From Antedon mediterranea (lineage: Eukaryota; Animalia; Echinodermata): a stretch of DNA of 64,000 nucleotides. The first letter of the stretch is position 1, and each line of letters opens with the position of its first letter. The notes below the pieces were generated by a model, which was given only the letters and a program-made list of their open reading frames with translations, was not told where the DNA came from and did not search any database. A program made the translations under genes and the position numbers. Below are positions 29,501-42,521 of the stretch, in pieces. The DNA lies in contig NC_092673.1 of the NCBI RefSeq assembly GCF_964355755.1, positions 29,447,648-29,511,647 on the forward strand, in the 5' to 3' direction.

Positions 29501-32500
29501 GTGTCATACATTCATTAAACTATATATTTTTTGACAATTATACTTAGTTTGTTAACTTACAGATGAACGTGAGCCAAATATTACCTGCCCAGATGATTTT
29601 GAAATATGTACAGATCCAGGAATAGACTCAGTCAATGCCACTTGGTATTCAGCCAATGCAACTGACAACTGTTGTGATGTCAACATAACTTCCAACTATA
29701 CCAGTGGAATTACACTTTCATTTGGTGAATACACTGTAGGATACGCAGCTACTGATTGCAATTATAATACTGGTTATTGTCAATTTAAAGTTGAAGTTAC
29801 AGGTAATATTATGCTGTTTTATATTTAGTAATAAAATAAAAGCGTAAACCTTTGGAAATACAGTATGATGTGATGTTCCTTAAATTGTATTAATTCACTT
29901 TTAGATTGTGAGCCTCCAGTTCTTGTCTGTCCGTCAAGCCAGAATTTAACAGGTGACGAATTTTGTACAACAAATGCCACATTCATGCTACCAAGTGTCA
30001 CAGACAACTCTGGGGACAATTTTACTGCATTTTGTGACTATGAGAGTGGGCAGACATTTTCTGGTCAGATGACCCTGGTAACCTGCAATGCTACCGACAA
30101 CTATGATAACACTGGAAACTGTACCTTCACAATCAACATCTATGGTAAGATTGCAGATTTTATTTTAACTGTTTTTAAATTGATTTTTTAGCGTAATATA
30201 TATTTAAAAGGTCAAAAGATTACTGGTAAAGAAAACCCAACAAGAGGTATGCAACAAGATGGTGTTTTTTATTTTATAAAATGCAATTTAAGGTTTTGTA
30301 ACATGTGAAGTAAAAGCAACATGTTTCCATTATTTTATCTACTGTAGATGATACACCTCCAGTAATGAGCTGTCCAAGTGATATAGAAACATGTGCTGAC
30401 ACTAATTCAATAATGGCATCAGTTTATTGGGAACCAGTAAATGCTACCGACAATTGCTGTGAATATGTCAACATAACATCCAATTACACATCTGGAGATT
30501 CTTTTGAGATTGGTGAAAATGTAGTAACATATTATGGAACTGACTGCAGTGAAAACAATGCCTCTTGTTATTTCAATATTAATGTGTTAGGTGAGTAATA
30601 TTAGTATGACATAAGCAGTAGCTTATATATATATATTTAAAATATTTTGTTATTATTTATGATATTTAATTTTGTTTACTCATCTGCATTTAGATTGCCA
30701 AGCTCCAAACTTGACCTGTCCTGACTACCTCACTTTTTATGCTGATGAAACATGCAATGCTTATGCCAACTGGAGCGTGACAGCAGAAGATAATTATGAT
30801 GGGGATGTTGATGTGTTCTGTGATCGTATTCATGATAACTATGATTTTGGTAACTACACAGTAGTCTGTAATGCAACCGACATGGCTGGCAACATTGCAA
30901 ACTGCTCTTTTGAATTCTTTGTTGTTGGTGAGTACTTACTTAAACAATTTTAGTGAACCAAAGCACTTAGCAATTCCATTAAATTCATTTTTATGAATAG
31001 TTTTGCAATAATAATAATAATATCAACTCTCAACCTTTTTTCTATAAACATTTAGCCACTTGTATAACATGAAACTATCTATATCCTGTTTCTTTTAGAT
31101 ATTATTGCACCCAATATAACATGTCCGGATGACATCACTGTTGACACTGAAATGGGAATCAATTCTGTAATCGTGACCTGGGATTCTGCAGTTGCTACTG
31201 ATAACTGTTGTGAAGATATTGACATATCTTCTAATGTTACAAATGGCACTAGTTTTAATATAGGAGTTACAGTAGTAGAATACACAGCAGTGGACTGTAA
31301 TGGAAATGAGGACCAGTGTATCTTCTACATTGAAGTTGAAGGTAAGACATGAGCTTTTAATTTATTCATTAATATATAATAATTTTTTAATATGTTAAAA
31401 AATAATTAAAATTGAACTTTGATTTTCGTTTTTAGATAACGAAGCACCTGTCCTTATATGCCCTGAAAACCAGAACTTAACATTTGATTGGGACTGTTTG
31501 GCAACTGCCTATTGGCTGCCACCAAATGTCACCGACAACTCTGGAGAGGTTTTTATGCCATTCTGTGATTATGAGAGTGGACAGACACTTACAAATTATG
31601 TTAACATTGTAACCTGTAATGCTACTGATGATTATGACAACACTGGAAATTGTTCATTTACAATTACAATTTATGGTAATGACTTTTGTCGAAACAGTTT
31701 GAGTTATTGCTGTAGTAATCTTATCTTGTGTCATACATTCATTAAACTAATTATTTGTTGACAATTACACTTAGTTTGTTAACTTACAGATGAACGTGAG
31801 CCAAATATTACCTGTCCAGATGACTTTGAAATATGTACAGATCCAGGAATCGATTCAGTAAATGCCACTTGGTATTCAGCCAATGCAACTGACAACTGTT
31901 GTGATGCCAACATAACTTCCAACTATACCAGTGGAATTACACTTACATTTGGTGAATACACTGTAGGATATGCAGCTACTGATTGCAATGATAATACTGG
32001 TTATTGTCAATTTACAGTTGAAGTTACAGGTAAAATTATGCTGTTTGATATTAAGTAATAAAATAAAAACATTTTCTTTTGGAAATACAGTATAATTTGA
32101 TGTTCATTAAATAATTCACTTTTAGATTGTGAGCCTCCAGTTCTTGTCTGTCCGCCAAGCCAGAATTTAACAGGTGATGAATTTTGTACAACAAATGCCA
32201 CATTCATGCTACCAAGTGTCACAGACAACTCTGGGGACAATTTTACTGCATTTTGTGACTATGAGAGTGGGCAGACATTTTCTGGTCACATGACCCTTGT
32301 AACCTGTAATGCTACCGACAACTATTATAACACTGGAAACTGTACCTTCACAATCAGCATCTATGGTAAGATTACAGATTTTATTTTAACTGTTTTAAAA
32401 GTGATTTTTTAGCCTAAAATATATTCAAAAGGTCAAAAGATTACTGGTAGAGAAAACCCAGCAAGAGGTATGAATCAAGATGTTGTCTTTTTATTTTATA

Positions 32501-35500
32501 AAATGCAATTTAAGGTTTTGTAACATGTGAAGTAAAAGCAACATGTTTCCATTATTTTATCTAACTGTAGATGATACACCTCCAGTAATGAGCTGTCCAA
32601 GTGATATAGAAACATGTGCTGACACTAATTCAATAATGGCATCAGTTTATTGGGAACCAATAAATGCTACCGACAATTGCTGTGAATATGTCAACATAAC
32701 ATCCAATTACACATCTGGAGATTCTTTTGAGATTGGTGAAAATGTAGTAACATATTATGGAACTGACTGCAGTGAAAACAATGCCTCTTGTTATTTCAAT
32801 ATTAATGTGTTAGGTGAGTAATATTAGTATGAAGTAAGCAGTAGCTTACATTTTTTTTATATTCTGTTATTATTTATGATATTTAATTTTGTTTACTCAT
32901 CTGCATTTAGATTGCCAAGCTCCAAACTTGACCTGTCCTGATGACCTTACTTTTAATGCTGATGAAACATGCAATGCTTATGCCAACTGGAGCCTGATAG
33001 CAGAAGATAATTATGATGGTGATGTTGATGTGATCTGTGATCGTATTCATGATAACTATGATTTTGGTAACTACACAGTAGTCTGTAATGCAACAGACAT
33101 GGCTGGCAACATTGCAAACTGCTCTTTTGAATTCTTTGTCATTGGTGAGTACTTACTTAAAACATAAAGATATAAATCACTATAATATTTTTATTCTTAA
33201 TTCACTTTGAAATTATGTAGTAATGAACTAACATTAAAAATCTGCTTTTTTTCGATTTGTTGTTGTTGGTGAGTACTTTAAACAATTTTAATGAACCAAA
33301 GCACTTAGCAATTCCATTCAATTAATTTATGATAATAATATTTCAAAATCCAAAAATTCACTATCAACTATCTTTTTTATATAACTATAACTATCTATAC
33401 TCCTGTTTCTTTTAGATATCATTTCACCCAATATAACATGTCCAGATGACATCACTGTTGACACTGAAATGGGAATCAATTCTGTAATCGTGACCTGGGA
33501 TTCTGCAGTTGCTACTGATAACTGTTGTGAAGATGACATTGACATATCTTCTAATGTTACAAATGGCACTAGTTTTAATATAGGAGTTACAGTAGTAGAA
33601 TACACAGCAGTGGACTGTAATGGAAATGAGGACCAGTGTATCTTCTACATTGAAGTTGAAGGTAAGACATGAGCTTTTAATTTATTCAGTAATATATAGT
33701 AATTTTTTAATTTGTTAAAAAATAATAATTAAAATTGAACATTGATTTTCGTTTTTAGATAATGAAGCACCTGTCCTTATATGCCCTGAAAACCAGAACT
33801 TAACCTTTGATTGGGACTGTTTGGCAACTGCCTATTGGCTGCCACCAAATGTCACAGACAACTCTGGAGATGATTTTATGCCAGTTTGTGATTATACCAG
33901 TGGAGATATGTTTTCTGAAGAGGTGACAATTGTAACTTGTAATGCTACTGATGATTACGACAACACTGGAAATTGTAACTTTACAATTACAATTTATGGT
34001 AAGTGCTAATTGGGCTCTGTTTATCTTAAGATATGTTTATGTTATGCTTAGATTTAGAGATGCTTACCATACATTATGGTTAAGTTTTGCTTACTTTTTA
34101 GTGATGTTTACCTGTTTTTAGTTCCAGCATTTTAGTATTGACATAACATTGTTTTTAACTTACAGATGAACGTGAGCCAAATATTACCTGCCCAGATGAC
34201 TTTGAAATATGTACAGATCCAGGAATAGATTCAGTAAATGCCACTTGGTATTCAGCCAATGCAACTGACAACTGTTGTGATGCCAACATAACTTCCAACT
34301 ATACCAGTGGAATTACACTTACATTTGGTGAATACACTGTAGGATATGCAGCCACTGATTGCAATGATAATACTGGTTATTGTCAATTTACAGTTGAAGT
34401 TACAGGTAAGAATCGACTACCTTTATTAAATGAAAACATGATGGAATTGGAATTTTTTAGGGTCCCTAATGATCAGCTTATGCTGGATGGATCACCCTCA
34501 TAAAATATTGTTGAAATAAAATAAATAAATAAATAAAATGATATTTTATGCTTTAATAAATTCTATGACTTTCTCTTAGATTGTGAGCCTCCTGTTCTTG
34601 TATGTCCACCAAGCCAAACTGTAATCGGTGATGATAACTGTATGGCAAATGTTACATGGTCTGCACCTGACGTTACAGACAACTCTGGAGATATTTTTAT
34701 ACCAGAATGTGATTACCAAAATGGGTCGACATTTTCTGATGAAGTGACCATTGTTATATGCCAAGCTACTGATGATTATAACAACACCGGAATTTGTAAC
34801 TTCACAATCACTGTTTTGGGTGAGTCTCACACCTGTCTAGAATAGTTGTGTATATAGGAAATGTAAAAACTTGCTTTTTATATTAGTATGCAATACTTTT
34901 ATTTGAGTACAATTTTTTAATTTTTATTTAACTTTACTTGTTTCATATACGTTTAGATGAGACACCTCCAGTAATGAGCTGTCCAAGTGATATAGAAACA
35001 TGTGCTGACATTAATTCAATAATGGCATCAGTTTATTGGGAACCAGTAAATGCTACCGACAACTGTTATGAATGTGCCAACATAACATCCAATTACACAT
35101 CTGGAGATTATTTTGAGATTGGTGAAAATGTAGTAACATATTATGCAACTGACTGCAGTGAAAACAATGCCTCTTGTTATTTCAATATTACTGTGTTAGG
35201 TGAGTTTCTATATATTTGTATGCGCCTGTATACCTGAATGCACCTGTATACCTGTATACCTGTATGCGCCTGTATACCTGTATGCGCCTGTATACCTGTA
35301 TGCGCCTGTATATACCTGTATGTGCCTGTATATACCTGTATGTGCCTGTATACCTGTATGCGCCTGTATACCTGTATGCGCCTGTATGCCTGTATGCGCC
35401 TGTATACCTGTATGCGCCTGTATACCTATATGCGCCTGTATACCTATACTTGTATGCACCTGTATACCTGTATGTGCACCTGTATATATCTGTATGCGCC

Positions 35501-38500
35501 TGTATATACCTGTATGCGCCTGTATACGCCTGTATACCTGTATGCGCCTGTATACCTGTATGCGCCTGTATACCTATACTTGTATGCACCTGTATACCTG
35601 TATGTGCACCTGTATATATCTGTATGCGCCTGTATATACCTGTATGCGCCTGTATACCTGTATGCGCCTGTATACCTATACTTGTATGCACCTGTATACC
35701 TGTATGTGCACCTGTATATATCTGTATGCGCCTGTATATACCTGTATGCGCCTGTATACCTATACTTGTATGCACCTGTATACCTGTATGTGCACCTGTA
35801 TATATCTGTATGCGCCTGTATATACCTGTATGCGCCTGTATACCTGTATGCGCCTGTATACCTATACTTGTATGCACCTGTATACCTGTATGCACCTGTA
35901 TACCTATACTTGTATGCACCTGTATACCTGTATGTGCACCTGTATATATCTGTATGCGCCTGTATATACCTGTATGCGCCTGTATACCTGTATGCGCCTG
36001 TATAAATATAAACATAAATATAGATATGGAACGCCAATCCTTTCTTGAAAGCATAAATATTTCTTCAAAATTAAGATACTATAAAATGTTCAAAAACAAT
36101 TTCGGAGTAGATGGATACTTACTACAGACCCTTGATACTAGATATAAGCGAGCTTTAAGTCAACTAAGACTGGGCACACTTCAACTAGAGGTAGAAAGGG
36201 GAAGATGGAAAAGAATAGAGCGCAGCAATAGGTTATGTAAAATATGTAATATAAATTAAGTTGAAGATGAATATCATTTTGTTACAGTTTGCTTTCGTTA
36301 CAAGGAAATCAGAAAAAAATTTATACCTTCTTTATTTTTTTAAAATCCAAATACTTTTAAATTCTGCCGTTTAATGTCATCACAGGATCCAATAATTATT
36401 GATAATCTATCTAAATATATTTATCATGCTTATAAGTTAAGATATATGTTTTGCTTAGAGAACGAAATTAATTAATTCATTTATCTTGTGACCATAAATT
36501 GCTTTATTTTTCAATGTAATTATTATTTTGTTAATTACTAGGGGCCAGAGGCCTAAAGTAAATAAAGTCAGGCGATAAGCCTGAATGAATGAATGAATGT
36601 ATACCTGTATGCACCCGTATGTATGTATGCATACCTGTATACCTGTATACACACCTGTATACCTGTATGTGCCTGTATACCTGTATGCACAACTGTATAC
36701 CTGTATGAACACCTGTATACCTGTATGTACACCTGTATGCCTGTATGTACACCTGTATGCACCTGTATACCTGTATGAACACCTGTATACCTGTATGTAC
36801 ACCTGTATGCACCTGTATACCTGTATGAACACCTGTATACCTGTATGTACACCTGTATGCCTGTATGTACACCTGTATGCACCTGTATACCTGTATACAC
36901 CCCTTTATGCACCTGTATGCCTGTATGTACACCTGTATGCACCTGTATACCTGTATGTACACCTGTATACCGGTATGTACACCTATATACCTATATACCT
37001 GTTTGTACACCTGTATACATGTATGCACTTGTATACCTGTATGTATACCGGTATGTGCACCTGTATACCTGTATGCGCCTGTATACCTGTATTTGTATTT
37101 ACCGTTAACACATTTAACACAAGACCAATTGTTTTTTTACTTGAAAATCGGTTAATTTTTAATTATTGAAATATTATTTATAAGGTTTCTGTTTTTTACC
37201 CATCTGCATTAGACTGCCAAGCTCCAAACTTGACCTGTCCTGATGACCTAACTTTTTATGCTGATGAAACATGCTATGCTTATGCCAACTGGAGCGTGAC
37301 AGCAGAAGATAATTATGATGGGGATGTTGATGTGTTGTGTGATCAAATTCATGATGACTATGTTTTTGGTAACTACACAGTAGTCTGTAATGCAACAGAC
37401 ATGGCTGGCAACATTGCAAACTGCTCTTTTGATTTCTTTGTCATTGGTGAGTACTTACTTAAACCATAGAGATAAAATTCACTATTATATCTTATTAGTC
37501 CAGTAAAGATAAGTCAAAAACAGGGTGAACCTAGAACAAATTGCAACAGAATTTTGTTTTGTTTTGTCTGGTAAATATGGTTCAAATGAATATCATATCG
37601 AAAGTTTACCAAAATCGGACATCGGGAAGTGGGTTAATAGCATAGCATAAATTCAAAATGGCCGCCATTTGCTATTTTGAAGCCTCATATCTCTCTAAAG
37701 GTTGGATTTAGACCACTTAAGTGCATTACGAGTAGATATAAATGTGATCATTCTAATTAGCATATTTAAATTCCCATATGACCTATACCTATGACCTATG
37801 ACATCATATGGTAGTTGTGACGTCATATAAGATTATGTTACAACTGTTTCAATGACATACTATGCGAACAATTTAGGAACTACAAGAAAACATGTTAATT
37901 GACATTCTCCTTGTTGAAATGAAAATTATTTCCGAAGTTTACCAAAATCGGACGTCAGGAAGTGGGTTGATTAGCATACATTCAAAATGGCCGCTATTTA
38001 TCATACCATTTTGAAGTTCCATATCTCCTTAACGCTTGGTTTTAGACCACCGAAGTGCATTGCGAGTAGATATAAATGTGATATTAAACTTTCCAATTAG
38101 CATATTTAAATTGCCATTATAACGTACCTATGATGTCATAAGACATATATGACGTCATATATTTTGTCACAATAATGCTCAATTGGCATTATTCTAAGGG
38201 GAAAATATAGAAACCGAAAGGAAAAAATGTTTTTAATCTCATGAAAATAATAGAACATTTACCACATCCAGATTAAGATCATGGGTATCAGAAGTTATTC
38301 GGCCACCCTTCACAACATGCAATAGAACATCCAGTTAATTTTCTGCAACTGCAACTTTTTATAACTGCATATATATCTCATATATATCTCATATATATTT
38401 AAAGAAACAGGATTCTTAATTCTGTAATGGTAATGAGGGATTTAATAATTCGACCCCATCGTAAATATGGAGTTGGATCACAGTAAGTTTCCCATCCAAA

Positions 38501-41500
38501 GTACATACATAGAAAATGTAATGTTGGCATCATGTACAGTAGGCACAGCAAGTCTACTTTATAGGTTTTTCTGATGTCTTTTTAAATTTTGGACCGAACA
38601 GTTGAATTGCTTCGAATAGAATGCATCCCCCTGTTTCCTTGCAAGTGCAGAGCATTACAAAGATGTTGCAAATTTGCTCCTTGAGATGTTTTCTTTAATT
38701 ACCAATTATTCCATCCACTATTTTTCGCTTCTTCTGTCTTAAAATGCAATCTTTTTTTAATTATAGCAAAGTAAGATATTTAATAGATCCCCATCTGCAT
38801 TCAAAGTTTCTATTCCATTTTTCTGACAAGGAAGTTGAATACTGTCTTGTCGAAAAATGAAATACTGTAAAATGTGTATCTTTAACTGATGGTTCTTCAT
38901 CCTAGTTGACACTAGGATGAAGTGTCCTTGTTATATACTCATTGAATCTTGGAAACAGCATTCAAAAAACATTCTATAAAACATCATAAAAAGTTGTTGT
39001 CTCATAAATGATCGACACCAAACAGATGCAATGAAATAGCAACTTTGAAAGAGCAGAATGGAGATGCTGACTATACCGAAAACTACAGTATGACATTTAC
39101 CATTTCATGTATCATCTCAATTTCCAGTTGGGGAATTGAGATGAGTTTGTGGGAATGATGGGTTGTATAGCCTGACCCACAGACAATCACCTTACAATAT
39201 TTTTTTATTCCTTTACCAACTTAAAGAGATAAAGTTCTAATAGATGTAGTTTTAGGAAACACAAAACAAGATGTGCGCTTTGAGTACAAATCCGTTTCGG
39301 AAATACAGTTGATCACTTTTCATACGGTTCTGTAGAATAACTATTTCCATAAGATTTTGTAAATGGAAACTTAATGATAAATTTCAACGGTTTTTACATA
39401 TATATCTACTCGTAATGCACATAGGCTGTCTAAACCCAACCACGAGGGCTTCAAAATGGTATAGTAAATAGCAGCCATTTTGAATTTATGCTAATTGACC
39501 CCCTTCTTGAAGTCTGATTTTGGTGAACTTAAGATATCATGTTCATTTCAACAAGAAATTTTTAGAAAATTGTTTTCCTGCAGTTTCTACATTTTTTAGC
39601 ATGGGATAATGCCATTTAAGCAGTTATAACATAATATTTGACGTCACAACTACCTTATGACGTCATATTTACGTCATATGGTACTTTAAATATGCTAATT
39701 GGGAAGTTTATTGTCACATTTATATCTACTCGCAATGCACGTTGGTGGTCTAAAACCACCATTAAGGAGATATAGGGCTTCAAAACAATATAGTAATTAA
39801 TAGCTGCCATTTTGAATTTATGCTAATTAACACACTTCCTGACATCCGATTTTGATAAACTTTGGAAATTATGTTCATTTCAACAAGGAGAATGTTAGGA
39901 AATTTGTTTTTCTGCAGTTTATAAATTGTTTGCATAGTATAATGTCATTTAAGCATTTATAACATAATTTATGATGTCACAACAAATATGCTAATTAGAA
40001 TGGTTAATATCACATTTATATCTACTCGTAATGCACTTAGGTGGTCTAAATCCAACCGTTAAGGAGATATGGGGCTTTAAAATTGCAAATGGCGGCCATT
40101 TTGAATTTATGCTAATTAACCCACTTCCCCATGTCCGATTTTGTTAAACTTTGGATATGATGTTCATGTTCACCATATCAACCAAATAAAACAAAAAGAA
40201 TTCTGCAATTTGTTCTAGGTTCAACCATATTTTTACTGGACTATATTCTTAATAAACATTTTTAATGAACCCAAAAAATATGTAGTAAATGAGCGAACAT
40301 AAAAAATATGCTCTTGTGTTTTTTAGATATCATTTCACCCAATATAACATGTCCGGATGACATCACTGTTGACACTGAAATGGGAATCAATTCTGCAATT
40401 GTAACATGGAATTCTGCAGTTACTACTGATAACTGTTGTGGAGATGACATTGACATATCTTCTAATGTTACAAATGGCACTAGTTTTAATATAGGAGTTA
40501 CAGTAGTAGAATACACAGCAGTGGACTGTAATGGGAATGAGGACCAGTGTATCTTCTACATTGAAGTTGAAGGTAAAACATAAACTTTACAATTATTCAG
40601 TAAGATAGTCCCTTTTATTTGTTAAAAAACATTAAAATTGGATGTTGATTTTCGTTTTTAGATAATGAAGCACCTGTCCTTATATGCCCTGAAAACCAGA
40701 ACTTAACATTTGATTGGGACTGTTTGGCAAGTGCCTATTGGCTGCCACCAAATGTCACAGACAACTCTGGAAATGTTTTTATGCCAGTTTGTGATTATAC
40801 CAGTGGAGATATGTTTTCTGAAGAGGTGACAATTGTAACTTGTAATGCTACTGATGATTATGACAACACTGGAAATTGTAACTTTACAATTACAATTTAT
40901 GGTAAGTACTTTAAAATGAGCTGTTGTTTACATTAAGCTATGCTTCTATTAAGTGATGCTTACCTTTAGTTAGGTTTTTAGTATTAACATAACATTTTTT
41001 TGTCTTACAGATGAACTAGAGCCAAATATTACCTGTCCTGATGACTTTGAAATATGTACAGATCCAGGAATTGATTCAGTAAATGCCACTTGGTATTCAG
41101 CCAATGCAACTGACAACTGTTGTGATGTCAACATAACTTCCAACTATACCAGTGGAGATCCTCTTACATTTGGTGAATACACTGTAGGATATGCAGCTAC
41201 TGATTGCAATGATAATACTGGTTATTGTCAATTTACAGTTGAAGTTACAGGTAAAATTATGCTGTTTGATATTTAGTATTAAATATAAAAACTTTAACTG
41301 TTGGAAATATGGTTTGATTATTAAATTGTATTAACTTTTAGATTGTGAGCCTCCAGTTCTTGTCTGTCCGCCAAGCCAGAATTTAACAGGTGATGAATAT
41401 TGTACAACAAATGCCACATTTATGCTACCAAGTGTCACAGACAACTCTGGGGATAATTTTACTGCATTTTGTGACTATGAGAGTGGGCAGACATTTTATG

Positions 41501-42481
41501 GTCACATGACTCTGGTAACCTGCAATGCTACCGACAACTATGATAACACTGGAAACTGTACCTTCACAATCAACATCTATGGTAAGATTACAGATTTTTT
41601 AAACTGTTTTTAAATTGATTTTTTAACCTAAAATATATTCAAATGGTCTAAAGATTACTAGTAAAGAAAACCCAACAAGAGGTATGCATCAAGATGGTGT
41701 TTTTTTATTTCATAAAATGCAATTTAAGATTTTGTAACATGGGAAGTAAAAGCAACATGTTTCCATTATTTTATCTAACTGTAGATGATACACCTCCAGT
41801 AATGAGCTGTCCAAGTGATATAGACACATGTGCTGACACTAATTCAATAATGGCATCAGTTTATTGGGAACCAGTAAATGCTACCGACAATTGCTGTGAA
41901 TATGTCAACATAACATCAAATTACACATCTGGAGATTCTTTTGAGATTGGTGAAAATGTAGTAACATATTATGGAACTGACTGCAGTGAAAACAATGCCT
42001 CTTGTTATTTCAATATTAACGTGTTAGGTGAGTAATATTAGTATGACATAAGCAGTAGCTTTTATTTTTTATTTTTTTTATATTCTGTTATTATTTATGA
42101 TATTTACTTTTGTTTACTCGTCTGCATTTAGATTGTCAAGCTCCCAACTTGACCTGTCCTGATGACCTTACGTTTGATGCTGATGAAACATGCTATGCTT
42201 ATGCTAACTGGAGCGTGACAGCAGAAGATAATTATGATGGTGATGTTGATGTGATCTGTGATCGTATTTATGATAACTATGCTTTTGGTAACTACACAGT
42301 AGTCTGTAATGCATCAGACATGGCTGGCAACATTGCAAACTGCTCTTTTGAATTCTTTGTTGTTGGTAAGTAACCTTGTTACTTGTTTTTTTTTTTAGCT
42401 GTTTGACAACATCAGGCCGTCATTTACTGTTCAGTTGACATATATATTGCTTTTGCATGAAAGAGACCTACAACTTATGTG

Positions 42482-42521
<40 letters not shown>

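Noticed and set aside
35188-37169. Long overlapping ORFs in all six frames (YTGAYR, CIPVCA and IQVHTG repeats)
   Set aside because: The CCTGTAT satellite simply lacks stop codons, and there is no splice or domain support. Only the 3' end of the 35216-36259 ORF is real coding-derived sequence (the LINE remnant).
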